The position numbers were made by a program, and so were the translations under genes. A stretch of 64,000 nucleotides of DNA from Balanoglossus misakiensis (taxonomy: Eukaryota; Animalia; Hemichordata): positions 3,578,349-3,642,348 of the forward strand of contig CM082586.2 in NCBI GenBank assembly GCA_040954595.2, given 5' to 3'. Position 1 is the stretch's first letter, and each line of letters opens with the position of its first letter. Positions 52,601 to 64,000 of the stretch are shown in pieces. Under the pieces are notes generated by a model. It saw nothing but the letters and a program-made list of their open reading frames with translations, was not told where the DNA came from and did no database searches.

Positions 52601-55600
52601 CATACAATCCCCTTTACGCGCCATTTTGAAAATGGCGCACCTCTTACGGACAGAATGAAAAGTTCAGTTCTTTGAGGTGGCGTACGCCCATCCACATCAC
52701 CACTTTGGTAGTGCGTGAGCAGACGACCCAAGTGCCCTCAAAGAACTGAAGTGGTTCAATCCACTGCGATAGCGCTAGTTCTAAAACTAATCCTGGATGC
52801 GACATTGTTGCCTAATGCGTCAATGACACAGGCTTACTTGCACATATGGTGCTGGAAAGCAGTGGGAGAAAATATCAAGCAATTGATGATGATAAAAATC
52901 AAGTGATCGATAGACATTTGTTGATGACGCGCCAACATGCAGCCTGGTACCTTGATCTGTACGTACTGTAATTAAACAAGCGCATGGAATCAATGAAAAA
53001 GGGAGTACGTAAGTACTAGTCGGTGATCATTTTTTGCGTTCAGGGAAATGTGTCGTGCACGCTTTACCATTCGACAGGAAATGATTTTCCTGTCGGTGTC
53101 TGGCTAGTTTACCTGTAATCGAAAGGGCAGCTTTGGCCTTCTTATCGCCGGCAACACAAGTATATTCCCCCTTGTCGTCAGGAGTGACGGGATAGATTCG
53201 CAAAATCCTTTGCTTCCCGCGTTTGATCATTTTGATCCGGTCGCTATGCTTAAGGGGTTCACCGTCTTTCAGCCACTGGACGGGGGCGTCCGGGTCGCTC
53301 ACTTCGGTGACAAACTCGGCTTCTTCGTCAACTTGTGCGGCCACGTCTTGGATCGGTTTTTCGAATTTGACCGGGGCTTTGTCCTCTATTTGGGTGTCGA
53401 GGGTGATGTACGAGAAATTGGAGGTGGGGGAGGAGTGGGAATAGGAGGAGGAGGAGAGAGAGTTCGAGGTACGGAGAAGACAGTAAGATGGTTGAACGGC
53501 AGAGGTTTTCATGGCAACATCAGTTTGCCAACATTTAGGATCACCATGTGATTAGTTTGGTGCACGGCACAGAACGTGCCAGAGTCAGGCAGCTTAATTT
53601 AAGGGTAGAGGCCCATTTTCCCGGCATGTCTTCATGCATTAAGGCAACATGAACCTCGAGAACCGACATCATTGTTTGCAAAATTTGATTATTAAATGAA
53701 AATGGTGTCATGGTGTTGTTTGGACCAAAAGATTCGCCACTGTCCATGGCGCCCTCTGATGAAAGATCTCGGAAACCTTTGTATGTACAAAACGTTGACG
53801 GCTGGTTATCGAGGTGCATGCTGCGGTGAAACAAGCAGAAAAACAGGCACGGCAGCTGAACAACAGCACAGGCAAATTTCCCACCACACCCGACGTGCAA
53901 CAACCCTTATTTCCAAGACAACACTGTGTTCAACTTTTACCGCTTCAGGTGGCCTGATCAGAGCAAAACAGGGAAGGGGAGGGGTGGATTACCAACATAC
54001 ATCTTGCTGGATTTTATCGAGTATACTTCCATTCATTCCCATATGCACATCGTGCACAGTTCATTACAGGTTCACAGTAGTGTCGGGGGAAACCTAGATT
54101 TACTTTACGGATAGCAATCTAGTAGTGTAGGGGAGTGACTTTCCCTCGAACATGCAAATCACGCTTGAAAATGCATATATTTCCAAGTGAAGATAGGCGT
54201 GGCTTATCACACATCGAGTTATCCACTCAGTGCATAAATCCTCACCCATAGTGTGTGATCACAAACGCAAAAAAGGGGTACATCAGTGTTCTTATACTTG
54301 TATTAATTTCAAAGGGGTGGATATTGTGCGGACTAATTCACTTCATAAGGGGATCAAGGCACACGTGTGACCACACCCAACATAGAATCTGTGTTTGTGT
54401 TAAGTGTGTCCGGGCATCGCTCATCACACACCACAAGTTCAAATAGATCACACCAAACACGAGCTTCACTTTCAAACCATTCCACCACAAAGAACGAAAC
54501 AGGTCGCAATATCAATTCGCATGAAGTGAAAATGGCCCGAAATATTTCTCGAATGCCTGTCCCGGACAGACCGTTTGCAAATTCAGACATCCAATTTTCA
54601 GGGGAAAAATCCACTCCTCCAAATGTTTCGAAATTTTCGATGTAGAGATTGTCGTCTTATTTTCCAGAACAGAAATGGAATTATGAGTAATGAACACATT
54701 AAAAAAAATAAGTTGGCACAGAGACTGGGAGACATCTGTTTGAGAAATTATGCGATATGTTCTCAAAGGTGTGGCCAATTTTAGTTGGGGTGGGCACCAC
54801 TTTAAAGTGAAAAAAAGATCGCGCTTTTGGACATGGCGAGACAGACACCAACCTACCTTCGACTAGCAGCTCACAGAAAGACGTTATTGCTTCTTCGCCC
54901 TTAACCTTGACCTCGTATTCACCCTCATCGTCAAGATCGGTGTCGTCGATCGTCAGTTTGTGCGCGATGCCCTCGCGCGTGATCTTAACCCTGTCGTCTG
55001 GCTTGATGGGTTCGCCATCTTTGAACCACAGCACGTCTTTGTCCGGGAACGACAGCTCACAGCTCATGACTGTGGGCGTGTGCTGGGTGACCTCCTGGCT
55101 CTTCAGTGGTTTCAAAAACTGTGGTTTCGGTTTGGCTGAAATGGCACGGGTTTCGCAAGTGTTAGTCGCACGTGACACGCACACCCGTCTCCACCCAAAC
55201 TGCACAAGACCAATTTGACAAGAACAGCTGTTTGATTGGCTTTCGTCGATTCTTTAATTGCACTATATCAGAAAAGTTTCGATTTTGTCACACTTTGAAC
55301 CACTCTTACTTGTGTCGTGTATAACGAACCTGGATAATCAGATGACTATGATATAACTGTGAATCAAAAGAGAGCTGTCAACTGCTGTTCTTGTCAGTGT
55401 TTTCAGCTATTTTGGATGAAAATGGGTGGAGACAATTTGGTAAAAAAGCATGGAATTCAATCTCTAGATAGTTCACTACCGCCACTGCATGGGAATCTCA
55501 CGAGAGTACATACAAAACGTTACATGATAATGACATGATAAAAACATGGACGAAAAGTGATAATGTGCGGAAGATGTTGAAAATGTTCTTCTAATAAGGG

Positions 55601-58600
55601 ATGTGTATGGTCATCATAGTGGCGTGCAATGCAACAAAATGAAGATATATCATGCATACCATACAGAGTATAGCAAAAAGTTATATCTGATAGAAATAAA
55701 AATCGTAAATACTCTACACTAGGAAGTTAACTTTACATAACAGTAGGAATACATTTGGAAAGAATCGGCTTTTGAAAAGGAAGATTGTCTACGACAGTCA
55801 TCCAAGACTCCTAGACTACGAACGCATACCGGGAATAAACAATGAAGTTGACTGGGTTGGGTTTACGATTTCTTACAATTATCGTTCACGCGCATAATTG
55901 TCTGAATGTCTCCTGTGCTGAGTTTAATCAAAGTGCTAACTACGACACCATGCGGAATGTGTGCGTGCGCTGGATGAATTTGGTTCTGTTACGTCTGTTA
56001 CCCTGGGGTACAGTAGCCTTATCGGTCGGTGGACCAGCAGCTGTCTTACGCCCCCTTTCTGGTGGAACCAAGACTGGCGTCTTAGAAACTCCTTTTGAAC
56101 CTGACGGTGGTTTGGCTTTTGGGTCGTCTTTCTTTGGTGGTTTAGCGGTAGGAACGCTTTTGCGGGCCTCTGCTTTAGGAGGTGCGGTCTTTGGTGGCTC
56201 AACAACGGTAGGAACGCTTTGGAGGGCCTCTACTGGTACTTTAGAAGGTGGCGTCTTTGGTGGTTCAACAACAGAAGGCACACTTTGGCGGGCCTCTACG
56301 TTCAAGACAGGAAGTTCTTCTACGGATTCCTCTGAATTAATATTATGCAAAATGCATTACGACACACCAACTATCACACAATGACATGGCCTTTAATACC
56401 GCTACTAAGGGGTCGAATCACGAGTCGGAGTGTTGAATTGCATTACGCTATACGATAGACTTATTACATTGACTTGTTCGGTCAAGATAAAATGACCGAC
56501 AAACTTGTACGTACGCAGTCGTAAACAAGAAAACGGCTCAAGCGAAAGTATTGGAAACTTACGGATAACAAAGAGTGCGGCAGTATCCTGGGTTTCGCCG
56601 ACCAAGACCTTGACTTCACCTTCGTCTGCCACCTTGACCTCCTTGATGATCAGCTCGTGCTTGCTTCCTGTCTGGATGACCTCGTGTCTGCCGTCTTTGA
56701 CGATGGGCTTTCCGTTCTTCTCCCAGGACACGGGCAGCTTGGAGCTGGACACGATGCAGCTGAACTTGGCCGTATTCCCTTCGTTCACTTCCGTGGACTT
56801 GAGTTTGGAGGTGAACTCAATTCGGGGTTTGGCCGCTAGAATGACAAAAATGGCACGGGAAAATCAGTTTTTTCAATTCAAAATGTGAAGTCGCGCGCAC
56901 CTGTCACCAGGTTTAAATCGTGAAAGAAAATGTTTGGGTCAAACATCTCTATCTTATATCGGTGAGGTTGTGTGTCTGTTATAATGTACAGTGTCAACTG
57001 ATATAATGTACAGTGTCAATTATAACTATGCAATTATAACTATATAATTGTAAAAGATAAAAATATCATGTTCAGTGATATTCAATAATTTTTTCAATAT
57101 GTATTGTTTTCAGTTAAACCAAACGCAAACAGCAATGCTCAACAAGCTGTACTCAATAATGGACTGTCTATCTTTTTCTCGTTTATACGCAAGTCGACAA
57201 CTAGTGAAGAAAATGAAATACTTAAGAAAAAAATGTGAAAATTATATCGTGATAAATAAAAAGAACATGCCGCCTGAGTATGCAGCATTCATGGCATGAC
57301 ACAAACTTGACATCTGTTTGTGTGTTTAGACTTTTGATTAGTCACATTGTTCGGCTATAGGGTTGTGTTTATAAGTTACAGACCGTCGCTATCTCTTGAT
57401 AATGTTTTGCTCTGTTTCTCTCATGTGATTGGCTGAGCTTCTCACACTGAACAGAAACAGAGCAAGATAACATCAAAAGGAAACGACTCTGTCCCAAAAT
57501 ACATGTAGCCGTGTCTTGTTGGTAGCACATGCTTTTCAGCGATCAGTACGACCAGCCATGATTGATTCTCATCTATAATAAGTAACACCTAAGTGTTGGC
57601 ATACAGGGAAATCCTTTGCAACCACCTCTGCTTGATCGGGTATTGACCAGACGTACATGTACATGTACTGGGGTATACATGCGCAAAAGTGATCATCTTC
57701 ACGACAAAAGAAACATCTATAGGAATAACTCCGCAGTGTGGAATCGCCCAAAATGTCACACTCAAACTGTGCCAGTTTAATGGTATATATACACTTCAAT
57801 ATAACCAGACCACACCTGTTGGAATTCAGGGTTTATGCATTATGGTACGTGAAAATCTGGTGTTTGTGGTGCTATTATGCAAGAGTGGGGAGGGTAGGTG
57901 GGGAGGGAGGGAGTGGAAACGTGACTATAAACATTATTATAAGGTGAATGCGCCTTATCGGGTGGGGGTGGGGGATAAGAAGGGCACCGCAACGATATAT
58001 AATAACCTGGTTTAGGAGGATGCATTACCCATATCGATATAATACACGTGGTCGGTGCCAATGCAGACGTTCGTTCGTTCACGCGTGCGCTTATACAAAC
58101 AAATCTGGTGGTACACTAAAAAGTGATAATACACAACAGAACGTGAAATATTGAATACTGGGCCTACCATCACCACCGTCTACATCCGCTGCCAGATCGG
58201 AATGGAAGGAAAGGGTCAAAAGGTCGTCAAGGCAACAAGGACCGACAGCAAAAACGTCACACCGTTCGATCGTCATCGTGAAAAGAACAATTAAAGGTTC
58301 ATGAACTGAACACATAGACTGGATGGACACTGATGACTGTTCATTAAAGAAGATGGGAAATGCTAAAAGAACAGCAGATTTAACCCGAATGAAAAATATT
58401 CTAAAAAAGTCTTCTCGGCATAGATTGTCACAAAGACTCGTCGGGTGATTGCAGTTTCTGGCACTTGCTGATTTACATTATGGTTCGATTTGCTTTTGGA
58501 CCCAACTAAAATGCCAGATTTACTGTAAACTGAATTTAGAATTCAAACGTGACCAGAGATGAAATATACTTACGTTCTATAACAAGATTGGCTTTCGACG

Positions 58601-61600
58601 AGGCGAGTATGGGGACCTCAGCACAGCCGAACTCGACACCGTATTCACCACTGTCCTCCGGCGTCACGTCCAAGATGACCAGCTCCAAGTCCTCGGCCTT
58701 CTTGAACATCTTGTACTTTTTAGCGATGGTGATGGGTTTGCCGTCCTTGGTCCAGGTGGGCATACAGTTCTGGAATCGGACTCCAATCACCATTTTGGCT
58801 CTGCCCATGCTCTGGTTCACTGTTGTGTCCTGCAACGGTGATGTGATCTCCGCAAGCTGTGTGGGTGAAACATATGACATTATATCACACTACTGCAGTA
58901 ATCGATCTTGCAACAACAAGGCAAAATGTTGAGGCAGTTTATGTATGCCTTTCCATGTAAAGATTTAGCAAATGGTATGAAATTCAGAAAATAACTCACA
59001 GGTTTCTTTTCCTGTTCGATATGTTTGAGTCTGCCCCAGTCAGGTCCTTCGTCCTTGGATGACCTTCTTTTATGCTCTCTGTGGAAGAAAAATGCAAAGG
59101 AATTCACATAAAATTGTGTTAGGTTGTAAGTATACTGCCAGTTCTTGTAACACGCACGCATACATACAACCATCCATTTTTTGCGAGGCAAGTCGGTTCA
59201 CATACCTATGTTTCAGAAGAGCTCGGAAGTCCATTTCATCTTTGGGCAATTCTTTAACAAAAAGATACAATGTAATGGAAATAATGCGTGACGTAAATAT
59301 CAGTGTTGCAAATCAATGATGTTCACTCAAGAATCCCAATCTTGTATCATCGTTAGCCATACAGGCACTTGCCACCTCACCGATTCAATCGATACCTTCA
59401 CCACAACGGCTGCACGTTGACGTGCTGGTTCTGCTTGTATATTTTGTCTGATGTGTGTTGCATGCAAATGCATCCTTGCCTTCTTGTTCGCTACAACCAA
59501 ACTGTCGAACACTTACCTTCTACTAGGAGGGAGAACCCAGCCTTGTCAGCACCATTCTCATTTTCAATTTTGCAAATGTATCTTCCTGTGTCTTTAGCTA
59601 TACACTTACGAATTTCAAGGATATGTAATTTTGTTTTTTCGTTATAGAATACCTGAAATAATAATGATAATAATGATGATGACGGTGATTAAATATAGAA
59701 TTATATACAAATAATTATATAATTCTTTTTATATAATTCCTGCTACCATAAATAGGTTGTTACTTCTTGCTATTGCATTCTGGGTAAAAGGTCAACACAA
59801 TTATAACCTACCATAACATGAGATTTTCATCACTCACCTAGGTATCAAAAACCTATAGTAATGTAAGGTAGCGAGAATTTAATTTCACTTTTATAGTTTG
59901 TGCATCTAAATCAGGGACAAATTGTATCATCATACCACATATCGTCCTCCGTCTGTTAGGTGACGTGCTCCTTTATACCAGTTCAACTTCGGTGTCGGGA
60001 TTCCACCGATTTCCGCCTCGAATTTTACGGATTGACCTGGAATAGTCGACAGCGTTATCATTTAACCAAAGTGTCTGTCATCACCAGTGTTCTTAGAAGC
60101 GACAGAGTAACACATGTTTTGTGGATATACGATTTGACTACAGAACACCTTCAACCGTGATGTCGGGGGCACGCACACGGCTGAATCTTTCAGTCTAAAC
60201 GCCAATTCACTCACAATCTCTAGATGAACATACCTTCTTTGACTTCCGCTTTCTGGGGAAGTTCTAAGAAGTACGGTTTGCCGGTTGCTTCTTCCACCTT
60301 CTTAGGCTGGACTGGTGGCGGCACCTTCACTCGTCTTCCCGCGTAACCGACAACTTGTGACTCCTGCTGATCTTTGCTAACTAATCCTTTAAAAATCAGC
60401 GTAACGTGCCAAAACATTGTGGTTATAGAAAGAAATAGAACATACACAACAACAGGTATTGCAAGTCTATGTTTCTATTTTCAAGCTGTTTCTCTGCTGG
60501 TTTTTCCCCCATTTTGTCGATCGAAACATCAAATACATGTTGCAGGAAGCATATGCCTACAAGCAGCTGATGTAAAAGAGGTTTCTCGACAGAGTTTAAA
60601 TTTGTATGTTTCTATTTCTTTATAACTTTATTCGGGTAAGCTCAAATCATCTCTTATACTTAACAAACACCCGAAACAAAATCTACATGCACATGAGCGC
60701 TTTGTCCACTAAAGCTTGTTTATATAAGTTCAGGTCGTTTAAAAAGCTGAAAGATCGACATTTAAGAGCGAATACAGCATACGCTGCAAAATCCCTTCGA
60801 TTACTGAAAAGAAAAAAAGCATGTGCGTATTTGATACAAATGTGGCATATATTCAGCGATGCTAATTTTCTACATATTTGTGGTGTTAACAATACAGTGA
60901 GGCAAAAATTGTTATTGGACAGTATAGAGTTATGGTTGAAGTGTCTGTTGTTACGCTTCCATCGACCGGAAGTGCTCCAATCAACAGCGTATCGGTTACG
61001 TTTGTGCCGCAGTATTTGCATTCAACAACGGTGCAACTGGGAAGAATTTAGTTAGGAAAAGCAAATTAGCACATTTTACAAGGCATGTTCTGGTTCTCTT
61101 TTCACGGAAAATCAGACGAGAAATAACGCAAAATTCACCAGAGAGAGAGAGAAAAGAAACTCCAGGTAAATCTTAGTGTTCCCGGTTATTTAAGTCTGGT
61201 GGGTTCGAAAAAACAACAACACATGCTGACATCAACACTGCATGCTGGGAACTGCTGAAGGTGTAAAAAGATCCAAGGAGAAAGAATGAAGAGAGAAGTG
61301 AATCAACCAGAAGCGGAAGACATAGAACAGAGTCAGACTGCGCATACATGCACGCAAGCCCATGCACATGCGCCATAGGACCTAGATACAGAATAGCTCT
61401 CTGTAGCGATCGATCACCTGCTTTGGGTTTAACGCCTATGTTTGCGGTGGCCTTCTCAACATCTTCAAGATTGGCAATATCTTCCGTTTCTTCTACTCCT
61501 TAAATATGAGTGAATATTATCATCAGCAGTCTGTTTATCACTAAAGAAATGATGCACTCCACAGCCACTACAATCACTATAATGTTAAATTCATACACGA

Positions 61601-62756
61601 TGACACCCTTGTCAAACAATCGGCATACGTCAATCCGCGATCTTTGTCAATTAGAAACGGTTGCTCATACCAGTACGCCTGACAAGCAATCATTATGCTA
61701 TGACCAACATTTTGAAAAGCAAACGAAGAAGACAAGAACATCATCACAAAAACAACACAATGCTGGAAAACTCAAATCTCATGTACATGTACATGCACGT
61801 TGCAGACTCTCGCATGCACGTGCAGTTCGGCACAGCACAGCACAGCAAACCACGCGTAGGGCACAGCAAAGAAAAGAAAAGAAGACTAGGTAAGGAGAAC
61901 TATATTCACGGATGTTTGGTGACACCGTCCCGAGAACAGAAGCAAAGTAGTTCGCCTTCTAATGTTGCCTTGTTGCTGATCCGATCAAGTCCTCAAGGAA
62001 TACACTGAGGCTTTTGCGAACAGAATCTAAGTAAATGCATCGACTGTGTAAGAGAAAGGCGGCAAGTGAAAGAAAACAGAAATCTCCTTTTTTTTGGCAG
62101 AAGGGTGCCGATGGGATAGATGTGCCGGTACAGACCGGACTTGCAGGAAAGGAACCTTTTTTCAGGAAGCAGATGAGAATGTGGAATGGCGAGAATGAAG
62201 ATGGGTGGTAATATCATTGGAATAATTTATCTCACGAAATGAATTTTCGTTGTCAAATTGGCGGATTGGAATGCACGTTTTGTCCCGTTTCCCAAGAGAA
62301 GCCAACGCTACACACTTGGCTGTTGGTGGTTTCAAATGAATGAAATTAAAACAATTTTAGTGATTTTATTAATTGATCTTGGTGTCCATTTTGGTATAAT
62401 ATCTCTTTTGCCACTTTTGGCCGCATCGCTTTTTTTCTATGTTGACATTTGTACACCGACACGTCCTGTTCTCCTTACCTACTCTGACCGCAAGGGAATC
62501 TCGCCTTTCCCTTCTAAAAATGGGAGGCTCTATAATTAAATCATCATCTTCTTCATCATCATCATCATCAGCACAATGATTCGTCTTATCACCTTCGTCT
62601 CCTGGGGGCGCTGCCTCCACAGGAGGTGCGCCCTTTTTGGTAAGGGCTGGCTCCTCGATGGGCTGTGGTGGCGCAGATTCCTGCGCTGGTGTCGTCTTCT
62701 TGGCTGTCATTGGCTCCTCCACTAGTGGCTTAGGAGGGGCAGCTTCAACATTTTTC
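25646..62756 (-). CDS. unc-22: Giant twitchin/projectin (unc-22)-like muscle protein kinase, 5'-partial: PEVK-like exons, ~17 Ig-I, ~18 Fn3, MLCK-family kinase, C-terminal IQ array
   Basis: Dozens of phase-compatible GT-AG exons. Fn3 signature (P-G-P...L-W-PP-DDGGS-I-Y-VEKR...W...Y-FRV-A-N-G-S-P) and Ig signature (G-P-P-V-W-K-G...D-G-Y-L...N-G) throughout 35.7-60 kb. Kinase ~33.3-35.2 kb. The post-kinase Igs DAAPRFIKKP...ELLQSIKYKSKY...RAENSYG and APRFTFILRTRRIQ closely resemble the first two post-kinase Igs of nematode twitchin as recalled. Most distal exon 25701-25646 (EVEPEAHDEGQGEAEGDD*). No start codon is seen, so the gene continues past 64 kb. Confidence 0.9.
26334..30988 (-). other. 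Array of seven acidic-IQ (calmodulin-binding) exons plus one Ser/Arg/Glu-rich spacer exon at the twitchin 3' end
   Basis: Exons 30988-30860 (GIDLDSDEAREAARKIQAGFRGFASRKK), 30506-30375 (EEEEIDIDLDDPEVAKAAVKIQAGFKGLKTRR), spacer 29798-29697, 28486-28352 (DEEIDIDLDDPDVEKAAVKIQASFKGMMARK), 28120-27923, 27601-27428 and 27124-26963 (each EEEIDIDLDDPETEKAALKIQAQFKGLKARK), and 26494-26334 (...KIQAQFKGFKARKGLAAKKTSTEDSQ*). Confidence 0.9.
30728..30820. mobile_element. 85-bp piggyBac-type MITE with TTAA target duplication (intronic)
   Basis: TTAA|CCCTTTCACCGCCAT ... ATGGGGGTGAAAGGG|TTAA: 15-bp TIR with 1 mismatch, CCC/GGG ends and TTAA TSD are piggyBac hallmarks. Confidence 0.8.
32828..35211 (-). other. 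Twitchin/MLCK-family Ser/Thr kinase domain and C-terminal regulatory tail (multi-exon)
   Basis: Spliced motifs: YDIGEELGRGDFGVVYRC, FAAKF, IMYLDLKPGNVL, LIDFGSA, FVAPE, DMWTVGVLCYML, SGMHPF, ISDNAKDFIKKIL, LEHPWL. The tail RKLLGNFKWNTGTSLIPIGRLASMGAL is IGRL-type, as in MLCK and twitchin. Confidence 0.92.
34935..35000. mobile_element. Degraded short piggyBac-type MITE candidate (intronic)
   Basis: gTAACCCTCAGACTA ... TATTCTAAGGGTTAA imperfect terminal inverted repeats; the left TTAA is mutated. Confidence 0.4.
45540..45635. repeat. ~50-bp intronic tandem duplication
   Basis: ttcaaaagct(a/g)tttgtggattgtaaattatttcaataat(t/a)ttcgat present twice, back to back. Confidence 0.85.
46785..46856. 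repeat. (TACA)n microsatellite, intronic
   Basis: atacatacatacat... directly visible. Confidence 0.85.
52266..52472 (-). other. Pro/Lys/Glu/Val-rich (PEVK-like) cassette exon, copy 2
   Basis: ttcag/GTAAC bounded, 207 nt, phase 1-1: RAPPKTPSSKVEARQSVPPTAKPPEKDDSKAKPP...PPTDKATVPQ. Confidence 0.7.
56002..56331 (-). other. Pro/Lys/Glu/Val-rich (PEVK-like) cassette exon, copy 1, with internal ~19-21-aa repeats
   Basis: 330 nt, phase 1-1: VEARQSVPSVVEPPKTPPSKVP VEALQSVPTVVEPPKTAPPK AEARKSVPTAKPPKKDDPKAKPP...PPTDKATVPQ. Confidence 0.72.
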
Positions 62757-63139
62757 CTGGTGTATTAAAAAAGAGGCCAACTTTATTGGTTTTGGCCAAC
62801 TTTATCAGTTTGACCTTGTAGGAATATATATGTAATTGAAATCGAGATTTACCCCTCCTCAACTTAACGACGAAATTTCGTCTACCATGCACACGTCATT
62901 ATTTACCCTTACCAAATTTCCGAGTGCTCGGGTGCACCTCGGGTGCACCTAAAATACACCCAAAACACACCAATAGCACTTAGACCCACCCGTAACCTAC
63001 CTAAAACACACCACTGTAAGATGAGGTGGGTTTTGGGTGGGTGGTCTAACCCACCCGAAATCCACCCCTACAACATAAACTGAATAGGTGTCTTACGGGT
63101 GCACCCGAAATACACCTTCTGATATCAGCACTGGCCGTT

Positions 63140-63492
63140 AAGGCACCCAAAACACACCCGCTTTCGACTTTGCAACTTTTTCACATAGGGAAGGCACTCA
63201 AAACACACCCGCTTTCGACTTTGCAACTTTTTCACATCGGGAAGGCACCAAAAACACACCCGCTTTCGACTTTGCAACTTTTTCACATCGAGAAGGCACC
63301 CAAAACACACCCGCTTTAGACTTTGCAACTTTTTCACATAGGGAAGGCACTCAAAACACACCCGCTTTCGACTTTGCAACTTTTTCACATCGAGAAGGCA
63401 CCCAAAACACACCCGCTTTCGACTTTGCAACTTTTTCACATCGAGAAGGCACCCAAAACACACCTGCTTTAGACTTAGCAACGTTTTCACAT
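63140..63492. repeat. 51-bp minisatellite, ~7 copies (intronic)
   Basis: Unit aaggcacccaaaacacacccgctttcgactttgcaactttttcacatcgag starts at 63140, 63191, 63242, 63293, 63344, 63395 and 63446. It is preceded by related gggtgcacc/aaaacacacc sub-repeats from ~62927. Confidence 0.92.
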
Positions 63493-64000
63493 CAGTTAGT
63501 TGATGAAAAATTATATCATCTGTTGAAGTTGGAAAATTTCTGAATATATTTTATTAAATAATTAACAGCTCCAGGGAATAAAAAACATTTTTTTTGTCCA
63601 TTTATATGTACTGGAATATCGCACAAAATCAAGTTCTGTCTCTTTATTTTGGAGATCACGATTTTAATAAAAGTTTTCCACGATTTATTCACCACAAACT
63701 ACAACCCTTGCAAGTTGTACTGGCCGAAGTACAATACTTGACTTTTGACCCGGGACGTCATTAACATACGTAACCGGATTGGTCCATTCATAATAACGTC
63801 ATTGAACAGTCATACTGGCAAGTCCACATCGTAGACACGGAAGTCAATGTCGGAAAGCCATTTCGACGCAGTTTTAGCAAAATTTGTGAAATCGTTTCAT
63901 TGTTCCGACTACTTTAGGCGTCAGAGATGACGTGCGGATATCAAAACACGTAAGATCATGACAAGGGAGGTCAGTCACGTACGTTCATCGCGCGCATCGG

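Noticed and set aside
41452-56384. Many 100-190-aa plus-strand ORFs antisense to twitchin exons
   Set aside because: They are shadow ORFs of GC-richer coding exons with no recognisable domains, and many start at GTG/TTG, which is not meaningful here.
63125-63490. 121-aa ORF with repeated CxxC, like a zinc-binding repeat protein
   Set aside because: It is a by-product of a 51-bp tandem repeat; no convincing start, splice sites or unique flanking coding sequence.
63140-63492. CRISPR-like appearance of regularly spaced repeats
   Set aside because: The units are contiguous with no unique spacers, there are no cas genes, and the context is a eukaryotic intron.

Overview
This is eukaryotic (animal, probably marine invertebrate deuterostome) genomic DNA with short GT-AG introns, so most entries in the ORF track are exon fragments or noise. 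It holds three kinds of gene. (1) An intronless two-TM + C-terminal RING E3 ligase gene (RNF26-like, minus strand, 1146-1886). (2) A cluster of four 10-exon secreted glycoside hydrolase family 9 (GH9, endo-beta-1,4-glucanase/cellulase) paralogues, 3.7-24.1 kb, with identical intron positions. (3) The 3' ~38 kb of a giant twitchin/unc-22-like Ig/Fn3 protein kinase gene (minus strand; 5' end outside the window). Two results stand out after hand-splicing. First, the minus-strand GH9 has an intact reading frame but has lost its catalytic residues (DAGD->DAGG, NEV->NSV, PHHR->PQHR). It sits head-to-head with its closest, catalytically intact paralogue, and all four GH9s carry an acidic pro-segment, usually ending in a basic convertase-like site, instead of a CBM. 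Second, the twitchin C-terminus continues after two post-kinase Ig domains into seven one-exon-each PEP-19/neurogranin/igloo-type acidic-IQ calmodulin-binding modules. All exon models were assembled by eye and have no transcript support.
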